From IMG/VR virus record IMGVR_UViG_3300033072_000717: a DNA stretch of 64,000 nt. The stretch is one strand, 5' to 3'. Origin of the DNA: an uncultured virus (IMG/VR IMGVR_UViG_3300033072_000717). Its lineage: Duplodnaviria > Heunggongvirae > Uroviricota > Caudoviricetes. Position numbers and translations under genes: made by a program. Shown here in pieces: positions 54,308 to 62,347 of the stretch (its first letter is position 1; every line of letters starts with the position of its first letter). The notes beneath the pieces are model-generated. The model made no database searches. It saw only the letters and a list, made by a program, of their open reading frames with translations, and was not told the origin of the DNA.

Positions 54308-54865
54308 CTAGCGCGGCTTCCCCCCTTCGCTGCGCCTGATAATGTCGTCCAAAACGGCCCGCACCGTCCTGATTTCCTGCGCGGTCATCTCCCCGCAGCG
54401 GAGCCGCATCGCGTCGTCGCTGAGGCCGCGCCACTCCCGCACGGCCACAGAACAGCAACCTTGTTCGAGCGAGGCGATTTCGCTCGGGGTCGGATGCCCA
54501 CGATAGCGGGCAATGTCATCGGCCATTTTTTGCGCCTCGGGCGAATGATGATTGTCGGCCCTAAAGATTCCATCGTGGGGCGGACCGGCTTCTTCCGCCT
54601 TGGGCTGCGCGATGATGCCCCGCAAGCGGGCGATCTCCGCAAGCGCGCATTGGGCAATCTCGATGGTGTGCGGGTGGAATCCGCCCTTGGATTCCGCGAT
54701 GTAGGTAAGGCCGTCCGTGCCGTCGTTGAACCGGAAAAGCAGGGAGTGGGGTTCCGCCGGCTGGTCATCCCCATCCCTCCACAAGTCCAGGCCAAAAGCG
54801 GCGGCTTCGGCCTGGAGGCGGTCGGCGGCGGCGGACCACGAGGTGGGTTTTTCGGGTGGGTTCAT
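54308..54865 (-). CDS. hypothetical protein
   Basis: LRCGEMTAQEIRTVRAVL phage motif. Confidence 0.6.
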   Translation of the reverse strand: MNPPEKPTSWSAAADRLQAEAAAFGLDLWRDGDDQPAEPHSLLFRFNDGTDGLTYIAESKGGFHPHTIEIAQCALAEIARLRGIIAQPKAEEAGPPHDGIFRADNHHSPEAQKMADDIARYRGHPTPSEIASLEQGCCSVAVREWRGLSDDAMRLRCGEMTAQEIRTVRAVLDDIIRRSEGGKPR

Positions 54866-54891
54866 TTTTGGTAAGCTGGTGTTGGTTGGGG

Positions 54892-54941
54892 GTTAGCGGG
54901 GGTTGATATGCGAACCGGGAGTTTGATATTCACTGTTCAGC
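54892..54941 (+). other. conserved array-head (attI-like) site, copy 3
   Basis: GTTAGCGGGGGTTGATATGCGAACCGGGAGTTTGATATTCACT-GTTCAGC. Confidence 0.7.
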
Positions 54942-55265
54942 TTAGAGGGACATTGGGGTGTGCCACGCGTCGCCGAAGACCTCGCGGTCGTAGCGCTCCT
55001 CGGGCGTCTCGTCGTCCTCATCGAGCGGGTCGTCTTGCAGGTCGTCGCAGAGGCCACCGGCCAGCACGCCAGCGCACGGGCAGTCATTCGAGCATCGGCA
55101 GTGCTTCGCCATGCTTTCGACCCACGCTTGATATTCGGGATCGTCCGGCATGTCGGGAGCCTCGGGAAGAAGAGCTGAACCAGGCGCCACACCCAATTCC
55201 GGGGCGCGGTCCGTTTCAGCTTCGGCGGGAGATTGCAGCGGGCGAGAGTCGTTCGGCGTATTCAT
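54942..55265 (-). CDS. acidic Cys-containing cassette protein
   Basis: Cassette ends GTTCAGCT (54935) and AGCTGAAC (55173); start lies in the attC loop. Confidence 0.65.
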   Translation of the reverse strand: MNTPNDSRPLQSPAEAETDRAPELGVAPGSALLPEAPDMPDDPEYQAWVESMAKHCRCSNDCPCAGVLAGGLCDDLQDDPLDEDDETPEERYDREVFGDAWHTPMSL

Positions 55266-55304
55266 ATTTTCAGGCCCCGGAATTGGTGATCTTGGTGGTT
55301 CGGC
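55174..55304 (+). other. attC-like recombination site
   Basis: GCTGAAC-CAGGC-GCCACACC-CAATTCCGGGGC [loop] GCCCCGGAATT-GGTGATC-TTGGTG-GTTCGGC. Confidence 0.85.
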
Positions 55305-55726
55305 GGAAGCACCTCAGACGGGTGTCCGTATTTTTGCCACACGGGAGTCGGCTGTTTCTCTCTCGGTTCTAGCGTAGCCCGCAGTCGATCCAAGAACCTT
55401 GAGTCACCCGCCACGTCTGGATCGTCTTGCGCTTCGCAGTAATCGGATATTGCTACGCGGTATCGTGCAATCTCGGCGTCCAGTCGGACAATCTCGTGGT
55501 CATCCTTGGCCATTGCCGCGTCCATTTTTTCGAGCGTCTGGATTGCACGGAATAGCGTCAGCGTCACCGGGTGCTGATTTGCACGAAATTCGGCAGCCCA
55601 CTCGCGGAGGTTATCCACAAGATAAGGCACGCCGAACAAGCGATCAGAGCCAACGCTGACAGCGGCTCCTTGGTTTTCGATAGTTGGATTTGTATTCATG
55701 GGTTGAGAGTAGTTCTGCGCTGTCAT
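55262..55726 (-). CDS. hypothetical cassette protein
   Basis: Cassette ends GTTCGGCG (55298) and CGCCGAAC (55630). Confidence 0.6.
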   Translation of the reverse strand: MTAQNYSQPMNTNPTIENQGAAVSVGSDRLFGVPYLVDNLREWAAEFRANQHPVTLTLFRAIQTLEKMDAAMAKDDHEIVRLDAEIARYRVAISDYCEAQDDPDVAGDSRFLDRLRATLEPREKQPTPVWQKYGHPSEVLPPNHQDHQFRGLKI

Positions 55727-55750
55727 CGTGGCTCACTCGCAGGGTTAGCT
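55631..55750 (+). other. attC-like recombination site
   Basis: GCCGAAC-AAGCG-ATCAGAGC-CAACGCTGACAGCG [loop] CGCTGTCATCGTG-GCTCACT-CGCAGG-GTTAGCT. Confidence 0.85.
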
Positions 55751-56038
55751 GGCTTTCGCCTCGGCGGTTTCGCGCCGCAGAGGACACCAGTTTGGTTGTA
55801 TGTCTTTTGACCCGATTTCGCGCCCATGTTCCAGCAGCCGCCCGCGTATCTCGCCTTGCTTCGCCGCAATCTTCGGGTCGTCAGACAGCGGTTCATCGTC
55901 GAAGGCTTCTGGATGTTTGCACACACAGTCGCAGGTGATTCCGTGGAGACGCGAGCAGAGCATGTTCGTGCGCTTCAGGTGTTCGCACGGCTCACAGTGG
56001 CGTTCCGTTCTGGCCGGGATGTTGTGTGTCGTTGGCAT
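55745..56038 (-). CDS. Cys-rich cassette protein
   Basis: CEPCEH..C.CKHP..PNWCPLR; stop lies in the core site. Confidence 0.65.
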   Translation of the reverse strand: MPTTHNIPARTERHCEPCEHLKRTNMLCSRLHGITCDCVCKHPEAFDDEPLSDDPKIAAKQGEIRGRLLEHGREIGSKDIQPNWCPLRRETAEAKAS

Positions 56039-56337
56039 TAGTCCTTTCGCATCGTGTCGAGCCAGCGGCAGAAGGCATCGTCACCGATTTCATTGCAGAT
56101 GACGGATTGCAGCATATCGCCGAGTTGATTCCACCCGATGTCATCACAGTCGAGATGGTGTTTCGCGTAGGCACAGAGGACGGCGTGCAGCAGCCGGTCG
56201 TTGCGGCCAGCGTGTTTGTTCAGTTCGTGGTAGTTCGGATTTGTGAGAGGTTCGACGCCAGCTAACAAAGCGGTGCAGCACAACTCGGCTTCGCGCTTGG
56301 CTTCGGACTTCGGTTTCTGGTTGGCGGTTGCGCTCAT
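56038..56337 (-). CDS. hypothetical cassette protein (two-gene cassette)
   Basis: Cassette ends GTTAGCTGGC (55744) and GCCAGCTAAC (56257), exact 10 bp. Confidence 0.65.
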   Translation of the reverse strand: MSATANQKPKSEAKREAELCCTALLAGVEPLTNPNYHELNKHAGRNDRLLHAVLCAYAKHHLDCDDIGWNQLGDMLQSVICNEIGDDAFCRWLDTMRKD

Positions 56338-56394
56338 TTCATTCCTTCGCTTTCTGGTGTTCGGCCAGCCGAGTGGCTGACCTTATCGTTCGGC
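56260..56394 (+). other. attC-like recombination site
   Basis: AGCTAAC-AAAGC-GGTGCAGC-ACAACTCGGCT [loop] AGCCGAGTG-GCTGACC-TTATC-GTTCGGC. Confidence 0.88.
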
Positions 56395-56708
56395 CTATCG
56401 GGAATGACTTCGCCGCAGACCCAGCAATACACCTCGCCCTCGAATTGGTATTTCCTCGGATGCGTGCATTTGCCGCCGCCTACATCCACGTAGTCCGCCA
56501 CACGCCGGCGGGCCGCGTGCAGTAGGTTGATCGAATCCGTCAGCCATGGGTGCGGCGGCATCGCGTCGATGATTTTCACGGCGTCCCAGATCGCCTTTTC
56601 GGCGGGCGTGAATTGGTCGATGCGGTCGCGGCGAATTGCCGAACCCTCGGCCACAGCACAACCGGCGTCTTTGTCCGGCTTGCGACTATTTTCAGTTGGA
56701 TTTCGCAT
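56334..56708 (-). CDS. hypothetical cassette protein
   Basis: TPAEKAIWDAV..HPWLTD..LL.AAR..VADYVD; cassette ends GTTCGGC (56388) and GCCGAAC (56638). Confidence 0.65.
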   Translation of the reverse strand: MRNPTENSRKPDKDAGCAVAEGSAIRRDRIDQFTPAEKAIWDAVKIIDAMPPHPWLTDSINLLHAARRRVADYVDVGGGKCTHPRKYQFEGEVYCWVCGEVIPDRPNDKVSHSAGRTPESEGMK

Positions 56709-56762
56709 AGAGTGTTGGCGCGGCTTTAGCCCCGCGCCGGTGGCTGATCCGAACCGTTAGAT
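56638..56762 (+). other. attC-like recombination site
   Basis: GCCGAAC-CCTCG-GCCACAGC-ACAACCGGCG [loop] CGCCGGTG-GCTGATC-CGAACC-GTTAGAT. Confidence 0.85.
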
Positions 56763-56978
56763 AAACTGAATCGGAAGTCTGTTCCACTTGCCGCACGACG
56801 GGCAGTTCGCCACCGCGCACTCGTCGTTTCGTCCGCGATTAAATGGGTAGTATCGGCGCGTTTCAAAGGGGCGCTTGCAGTTGCCGCAGATGATCCCGGC
56901 CTTCGGGTTTCCCCAAAGACAGATATTCCACGCCTCGAAATGGGCGGCGTTGCAGAGTTGATCTTGGGTTATCGTCAT
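56757..56978 (-). CDS. Zn-ribbon cassette protein
   Basis: ICGNCKR..NCPSCGKWN; bounded by GTTAGAT (56756) and ACCTAAC (56983). Confidence 0.65.
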   Translation of the reverse strand: MTITQDQLCNAAHFEAWNICLWGNPKAGIICGNCKRPFETRRYYPFNRGRNDECAVANCPSCGKWNRLPIQFI

Positions 56979-57070
56979 AAGCACCTAACAAAGCGCTGGG
57001 GACAATGCGGTCAGCTTTCACGCTGTCTTGTCGTGCAGGTTTATTTACGTTTGTTGATCTGGCGAAAGTT

Positions 57071-57385
57071 TCAGGTGTTCGGGCCGCGCGTCTCACCTTT
57101 GTCGTTCACCCTGCGTTTTTCGGCCCCGTAAATAACCTCCAGCGCCTTCCTTTGAAGCTCGGCGCGCTGTTCGGGCGTGTAGCTATTCATCCGCTTTCGC
57201 GCTTGCGCGCAGGCTCGCATGGTGCGCCGGTGCTGGTTGCGGCGGTGTGCGGCCATATCAACCAGATGGAACTCGCATCCGTCCGGGGTGCGGCGGGCAA
57301 AGCAGGAGAGGACCGCAATGAGCGCAGATTCTTTTGTTTTGGTCCCCTTAACGGTAAGGACGAACTGATGTTGTTTGATTTTCAT
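57071..57385 (-). CDS. hypothetical protein (degenerate cassette-like)
   Basis: Ends GPNT* on a GTTCGGG core; TGCTAAC-CAGTG half-site at 57398. Confidence 0.55.
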   Translation of the reverse strand: MKIKQHQFVLTVKGTKTKESALIAVLSCFARRTPDGCEFHLVDMAAHRRNQHRRTMRACAQARKRMNSYTPEQRAELQRKALEVIYGAEKRRVNDKGETRGPNT

Positions 57386-57612
57386 GGAAATTAAAAGTGC
57401 TAACCAGTGGGTTCATAAAACGGCGGCGATCCTCTGTCTCGGTGCTCCGTGTTCACCCCATCCATCGGCGCAGCACCAGTTCAGCGGCCATCTCATCCGC
57501 GATCGCGCAGAAACGGTGCCAGTTGCGGCGGTTGCCAAAGGTTGATTTAACCTCGGGCAGTGCGTCGAAGAAGAAGTTCACCAAGCTTAGGTCGAATGCC
57601 ATGTTTTGAGTT

Positions 57613-57870
57613 TTAAGGGGTGACCTGGCTCACCGTGACAGTCGGTTGGACCGAAGGCAAGAGCGGAAGGCGGATAAACCAGCCCGCTTCGTACCAGGAG
57701 CCTTTGTATTTTTCAACGTGCTGCTTTGCGATGCGCACGTCAAAGGTGATGAAGTCGTTGATCGCTCGCTGGCCCGATGCGCAGTCGATGCCGGTGGTGT
57801 GCCCACACAAGAGCGCCGAACCCTCGGTTTCGCCCGGCGCCGCCTGGCGGTCTGGCTGGCCAACGCTCAT
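57613..57870 (-). CDS. hypothetical protein
   Basis: N-terminal EGSA peptide from an attC-like half-site GCCGAAC-CCTCG at 57815. Confidence 0.45.
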   Translation of the reverse strand: MSVGQPDRQAAPGETEGSALLCGHTTGIDCASGQRAINDFITFDVRIAKQHVEKYKGSWYEAGWFIRLPLLPSVQPTVTVSQVTP

Positions 57871-58259
57871 CGCCCATTCCCCCCGACAAACTCCCGAATC
57901 CGCTTCGCGACCTCGGCTGGCGTGGTATAGCACCCTCGCGGGTATTGTGCAGACATAAAGAGCAAGCCGGCTTGCCGCAAATCAACCCCGAAGAAAGCCG
58001 TCACGGCTGCCCAGCTAACATGCCCTTTGTATTCTGGGACAGCCGTGTGCCGCTCGCGCTTCTTCAGTCGAAGCCCTGCCTTCTTAAACCCCGGGTGGGT
58101 TGTCGCCCAGCCAACTGCGCACGCGGTTGTCCCGCAGCCGCCAATGCGCTTGCCCTTCGGCTTGTGGGCCCAGCACGACAGGTCAAACTGCTCCTTGGGC
58201 ACGGTGTCCAGCAGGTCGGCCAGCATGAGGAGCCGGCGGTGGGTGGCTTCGGTTTTCAT
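57867..58259 (-). CDS. phage protein with CGTTACAVGWA motif
   Basis: FDLSCW..GCGTTACAVGWA..FFGV..LF..T..EVAKRIREFV. Confidence 0.65.
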   Translation of the reverse strand: MKTEATHRRLLMLADLLDTVPKEQFDLSCWAHKPKGKRIGGCGTTACAVGWATTHPGFKKAGLRLKKRERHTAVPEYKGHVSWAAVTAFFGVDLRQAGLLFMSAQYPRGCYTTPAEVAKRIREFVGGNGR

Positions 58260-58726
58260 TTCTCGTCGGGGGTTGGGCTATCGCCGTTCGGCCTGCTGCA
58301 AAGCGGGCGCAGGCACTCCTGGATCATTCCGATCGTCGTGGGGTCCGGCGCCCTCCTGCGCTCGTTCATCCACTCGACCAACTCATCCGCGTATCGCTCG
58401 CGACAGCGTATCAAGTCCCGGGCTTCTGCGAGCGATACGCAGCAATCGGCCACATCCAGCCGCCGCGACAGCGCAACCAGCAGCCCCTCCGCCGACCCGG
58501 GCGTGAGCCCGAACGTGAGTTCGCAGGTTTTGCCGTCGTCGGTGGGCCGAAAGAAGCGGAGGCAGTAGCCGCCATGCTCCTTGATGCGCCAGACTTCCAC
58601 CCTCCGGCCTTCGCCGCAGTCCACCGTGATGCCGTCGGTCAGCGTGGCGTTCCTGATCCTGCCGATGTTGGCCTCGTGGAAGGGGACGGTCTCCGCCGTG
58701 TGTGACTCGATCAAATCCTTATTCAT
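58256..58726 (-). CDS. hypothetical protein, first gene of the leftward operon
   Basis: Downstream of the CCGCTTGACGG promoter-like site at 58823-58837 (minus strand). Confidence 0.55.
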   Translation of the reverse strand: MNKDLIESHTAETVPFHEANIGRIRNATLTDGITVDCGEGRRVEVWRIKEHGGYCLRFFRPTDDGKTCELTFGLTPGSAEGLLVALSRRLDVADCCVSLAEARDLIRCRERYADELVEWMNERRRAPDPTTIGMIQECLRPLCSRPNGDSPTPDEK

Positions 58727-59030
58727 GCGGGCCTCCGATCTTGGGGCGCCACCCCCGCGCCCTCAGCATCAACCATGATCAGCTTTTTCATCGTGCCCAA
58801 GCCAAATCACAGGTGCGCCCATCCGTCAAGCGGTTTTTTGGGCCAGCTCCATCGCCAGCCCGCTTGCCCACCACCGCATCCTCCACCGCCAGCCCGCCCT
58901 CCCCCCAAGCCGCCCCCCAAGCCAATTTTCTCTGACGGCAAAATCCGCCGCCCCCTGCTATTGTAAAAATCCCGAGCATCCCGCTGACTCCCACTGTGTT
59001 ACCACCACTTTCGGCTGCAATTGTAAAATC

Positions 59031-59468
59031 TCGGAAGTAACCTCCCGGCGGTTTTGAAATGTAAAAGTCCTAAGTCGCTGATCATCAGGGCGGGGAAACC
59101 TCTCGTGATAGTTACTTCCGAGTTACTTCCGAGCCCTTTTTTTACACTTTTCTCTGACAGCAAAAAAGCTTCGGAAGTAACCTCCCGCCGAAAAACGGGC
59201 CAAAAACCGGGGCAGAAAGGCGGCCCGGAACTTCCACTACCGGATAGAGGGCAGCGACTTCCGTGAGCGGGGATCGGCGGCTGTGTGCAATTGTAAAATC
59301 TCGGAAGTAACTCGGAAGTAACTCGGAAGTAACTGCCCTTTTTGGGGCCAGACGGCGGCTCGTAAGTAACCCTCAGGCTGGCCCCCCCCTAAAGGGGGGG
59401 CCAGCACTGTAGGTAGTTACTTCCGAGCGCAGAACGCCGTCAAGACATGGCCGGGGGTTACTTCCGAC
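59031..59468. repeat. dispersed 11-bp iteron-like repeat TCGGAAGTAAC in both orientations (putative origin or operator cluster)
   Basis: Plus copies at 59031, 59171 and three tandem at 59301-59333; inverted copies at 59111, 59122, 59416, 59457; non-coding. Confidence 0.85.
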
Positions 59469-59980
59469 TTTTTACAATTCAAACGGGGTGGGGAGCCAAA
59501 GCCCAGACTACGCCCAGAAATCACGCCAGAACCCCAGGATTGATGCGATGGCCAAACCAGGATGCCCCATTCCGCCAATCCTTTGAACCCAGGATGAACT
59601 TTTCGGCATGTCGTGACCCCAGATACTCGGGATGCGTTAAACGCAGCGGAAATGGCCTTGGTGGGCGTGTTGGGTTTTGGGGCTGTTCCGCCGCTGCCCC
59701 TGCCCGCTGGTGCCACCCCGCCTGCTGATCAATTTCAAATCCGGGGGTCGAGAAAAGGGGTAGGGGGTGGATTCCGGCGAACGGAAAAGGGGTGGGCGTG
59801 TTGGGCGTCCTTAAAGGGGTTATCGAGAAGGGTTGGGGGGGTTGCTGCGGGTGGTCGAGCAGGGGGTGGTGGGTGGCCCCTGCCAGTCGCCCCGGCAGCC
59901 AGTCCCGGCGAGATCGCCGCGCGGCCGGCCTAGCCCGCCTGGCGAGCTGTTGAGACTGGCAGAGAGCAGTCATGCGGAAT

Positions 59981-60008
59981 ACTAGACATAATGATTATTG
60001 TGCGAGGT
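59981..60008 (-). other. dif-like XerC/XerD site
   Basis: Minus strand ACCTCGCACAA-TAATCA-TTATGTCTAGT, 11-6-11 layout; compare E. coli dif GGTGCGCATAA-TGTATA-TTATGTTAAAT. Confidence 0.7.
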
Positions 60009-60149
60009 AGTCCACTTGTGCAAGTCAGTGCGAGCCAGTGCCTTGCGCTTGTTGAGACTGGCAAACGCGCGGGCTTGCGGCAAATGGCCCTAGTGTGCTA
60101 GGGGGAATCCCCTACGCGCCTGCAAGCCTAGCCGGATCAGCGCACGGCA

Positions 60150-60735
60150 CCAGGCGGCCGGTGCGGAACATGGCTTCCTCGGCGGTGATGTTCTCGGTCG
60201 GGTAGAACTCGATCCGGTCGATTTGGACGCGGTCGGCGTCCCAGTAATGCGGATTGCGCTCGACCGCGATGCGCTGGTTGCGGGCCCATTCGACGAGGCG
60301 GTAGGGGCCGCTGCTGACGAAGCGCCCGGCGCGGGTCCAGGGCACGCTGCGCTGGTCGAGGGGTCCGTGGGACGTGATCGCGTGCAGGGGCAGGGGCCAC
60401 CATGAGTAGTGGTTGGCCATGAGGCGGAGGAGGAAGGGGGTGGGGGAGTTGAGGGTGACGGTGACCGTGCTCTCGTCGGGAGCGGCGAAGCCGACCTGGG
60501 ACCAGTCGGTGAGCCGGCCCTTGTTGTAGGCCTCGGCGCCGACGACGAACCACAGGTGGTAGGAGTACTCGGAGCCGAGCGCGGGGGTGAGCATGCGCCG
60601 GAAGGAGGCCACGATCTCGGAAGCGGTGATCGGGACGCCGTCGGACCACTTCAGGCCGGGACGGAGGTGGAAGGTGTAGACACGGCCGTCGGGGGAGATG
60701 TCCCAGCGTTCGGCGAGGCCCGGCTCGGGCTCGGC
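60150..60735 (-). pseudogene. internal fragment of a bacterial oligopeptide ABC-transporter substrate-binding gene (oppA-like)
   Basis: EPGLAERWDISPDGRVYTFHLRPGLKWSDGVPITA..GPYRLVEW..RNPHYWD..AEEAMFRTG; no signal peptide or C-terminal half; in-frame stop just upstream. Confidence 0.85.
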
Positions 60736-61157
60736 TGAAAAGTAAGAGGGCTAGTTGAGATTGAATCTCAAAACGAGACATCAACATATTCGAATACGTT
60801 GATACGTTCGCCCCCGTAGCCCACCAGGCCGGCGCCGAGATCAGCGCTGCCAGCCAGTCCCCGCAACGCTTGGCTAGTCCGCGCCAGTCCGCGCCAGTCA
60901 TCGCTATCCCCAAACCAAAAAACAAGCCTAACGCACTGGTAGACAGATGGAAGCGCTCGAGGCCTGAAAATTAAGCTTGCGTCGCGCGGCAGGCGGGTGT
61001 TGGTGTCGGCCATGGAAACTAACTCTCGGCTGATCACCCAGTACATCAGCCCGTGGCATTTCGGCCGCCGGACCAAGACGATCATCGACCGCGGCGCGTC
61101 GCGGGTCTGGATGGTCATGATCGAGCCCGGACGAGTTGAGTCAACCGAACCGCAACT

Positions 61158-61190
61158 GCTCAAGCGCGGCCACCCTGGCCGCGCTTGAGC
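61158..61190. repeat. perfect 15-bp inverted repeat
   Basis: GCTCAAGCGCGGCCA-CCC-TGGCCGCGCTTGAGC. Confidence 0.85.
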
Positions 61191-61259
61191 GCGCCCTAGC
61201 CGCCACCTGCGAGCGCTACGACCACCCGTGACCCCTTAACCCGGTTTGAACCCCCACCC

Positions 61260-61664
61260 ATGAAAACCATCACATCCATCCTCCGGCGCCAAGCGCGCCT
61301 GGCCGATAAGGCGGCCGCCACCTCAGCGGCCAACGCGGCCGCCCTCCTCGCCGAGGTCGCCGACATCGACCGCCAGCTGCGCGGTTGGCGCGCGTTTGTG
61401 GCGGAGTTCGAGTCCGGCATCCTCGCCAAGTACTCCGGCAGCTGGTACGGCGAGGATAACGCCGGACCGATCGGCAAAGCCACCCTGCGCTCGGACGGGC
61501 GCATCGACTACGAGCCGGGACCTTATTCCCAAGATTACGCCGCCGCGCTGTGGCACTACGCGGGCCGGCACGGGTTGACCCTGGATGTAACCGGGCATCG
61601 CCTGCCGCGTGACGCGGACGAACTGGCGGCCGCGGCGTGGCTGGCGAACGGAGGTGCGTCATGA
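61260..61664 (+). CDS. hypothetical early protein
   Basis: First of a run of small coupled ORFs, many starting MKT. Confidence 0.6.
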   Translation: MKTITSILRRQARLADKAAATSAANAAALLAEVADIDRQLRGWRAFVAEFESGILAKYSGSWYGEDNAGPIGKATLRSDGRIDYEPGPYSQDYAAALWHYAGRHGLTLDVTGHRLPRDADELAAAAWLANGGAS

Positions 61665-61882
61665 GCAGCCATCCACGCATTGAACGGTCAGTCCACCGCG
61701 GCGAATATGTGGGCTATTGCAATGCCGCCCTGCGCAAATGGCGAGTGTCCGGCCTTTGGGAAATGTTCCGCCTGGACTCCGCCGAAATCATGGCCCGCGA
61801 CGCACGAGAAGCGAAAACCAAGTTTCGTGCCCGCTATCGGCGCCCCCGGAGCGTCAGCGGTATCTCGGCATATCCGATTTGA
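61661..61882 (+). CDS. hypothetical early protein
   Basis: ATGA-coupled; IERSVHRGEYVGY. Confidence 0.5.
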   Translation: MSSHPRIERSVHRGEYVGYCNAALRKWRVSGLWEMFRLDSAEIMARDAREAKTKFRARYRRPRSVSGISAYPI

Positions 61883-62095
61883 TTCTTCACCCTTTCCCAA
61901 AATGAAAAATCACCCCCAAGACAATAAAGGCAAAGAGCTTATTAAAGTGAATTGCTTTTTCGTTGACTCCCTGCCGGAGCCGGCCGAAACTCGCACCATG
62001 AAAGCGGCCCGCGCCCTTATGGAGATCGCCCTCGCTGGCGTGATCGGCGCGGTTGCCGGTGCCTGCCTGGCCTTGGCGTTTTGATTCTTCACCCA

Positions 62096-62347
62096 ATGAA
62101 AACCCTAATTATCGCATGTTCACGCGTCGAAGCCATGATGCACGGCGCCTCTTATTTCGAGTTGTCCGGCGATTCGTGCACGGCCATTTACACAGACGGC
62201 AGCCGGGAGGCGGCCACGCTCCCCGCCCCGCTGGCCGATCAATTCCGCGCATACCATGCTTACCAGTGCGAGAACGGCCCGGAGGCGCAGCCCCCCAATT
62301 CTTTCGCCTTGGTTTCTGCCATTCAAGCCCAACGCAACCACCCATGA
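62096..62347 (+). CDS. hypothetical early protein
   Basis: MKT start; ATGA-coupled to the next gene. Confidence 0.5.
   Translation: MKTLIIACSRVEAMMHGASYFELSGDSCTAIYTDGSREAATLPAPLADQFRAYHAYQCENGPEAQPPNSFALVSAIQAQRNHP

Noticed and set aside
53813..56762. Intergenic hairpins as Rho-independent terminators or REP elements
   Set aside because: No U-tracts, long variable loops, conserved AAC/GTT boxes with asymmetric L boxes, and cross-cassette end complementarity fit attC far better.
59031..59468. Possible CRISPR array
   Set aside because: Repeats are 11 bp, in both orientations and irregularly spaced; no unique spacers of constant length and no cas operon.
60112..60612. Functional auxiliary oppA gene
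   Set aside because: Lacks signal peptide and C-terminal half; the homologous frame extends upstream of the ORF-track start to an in-frame stop, so it is a fragment.
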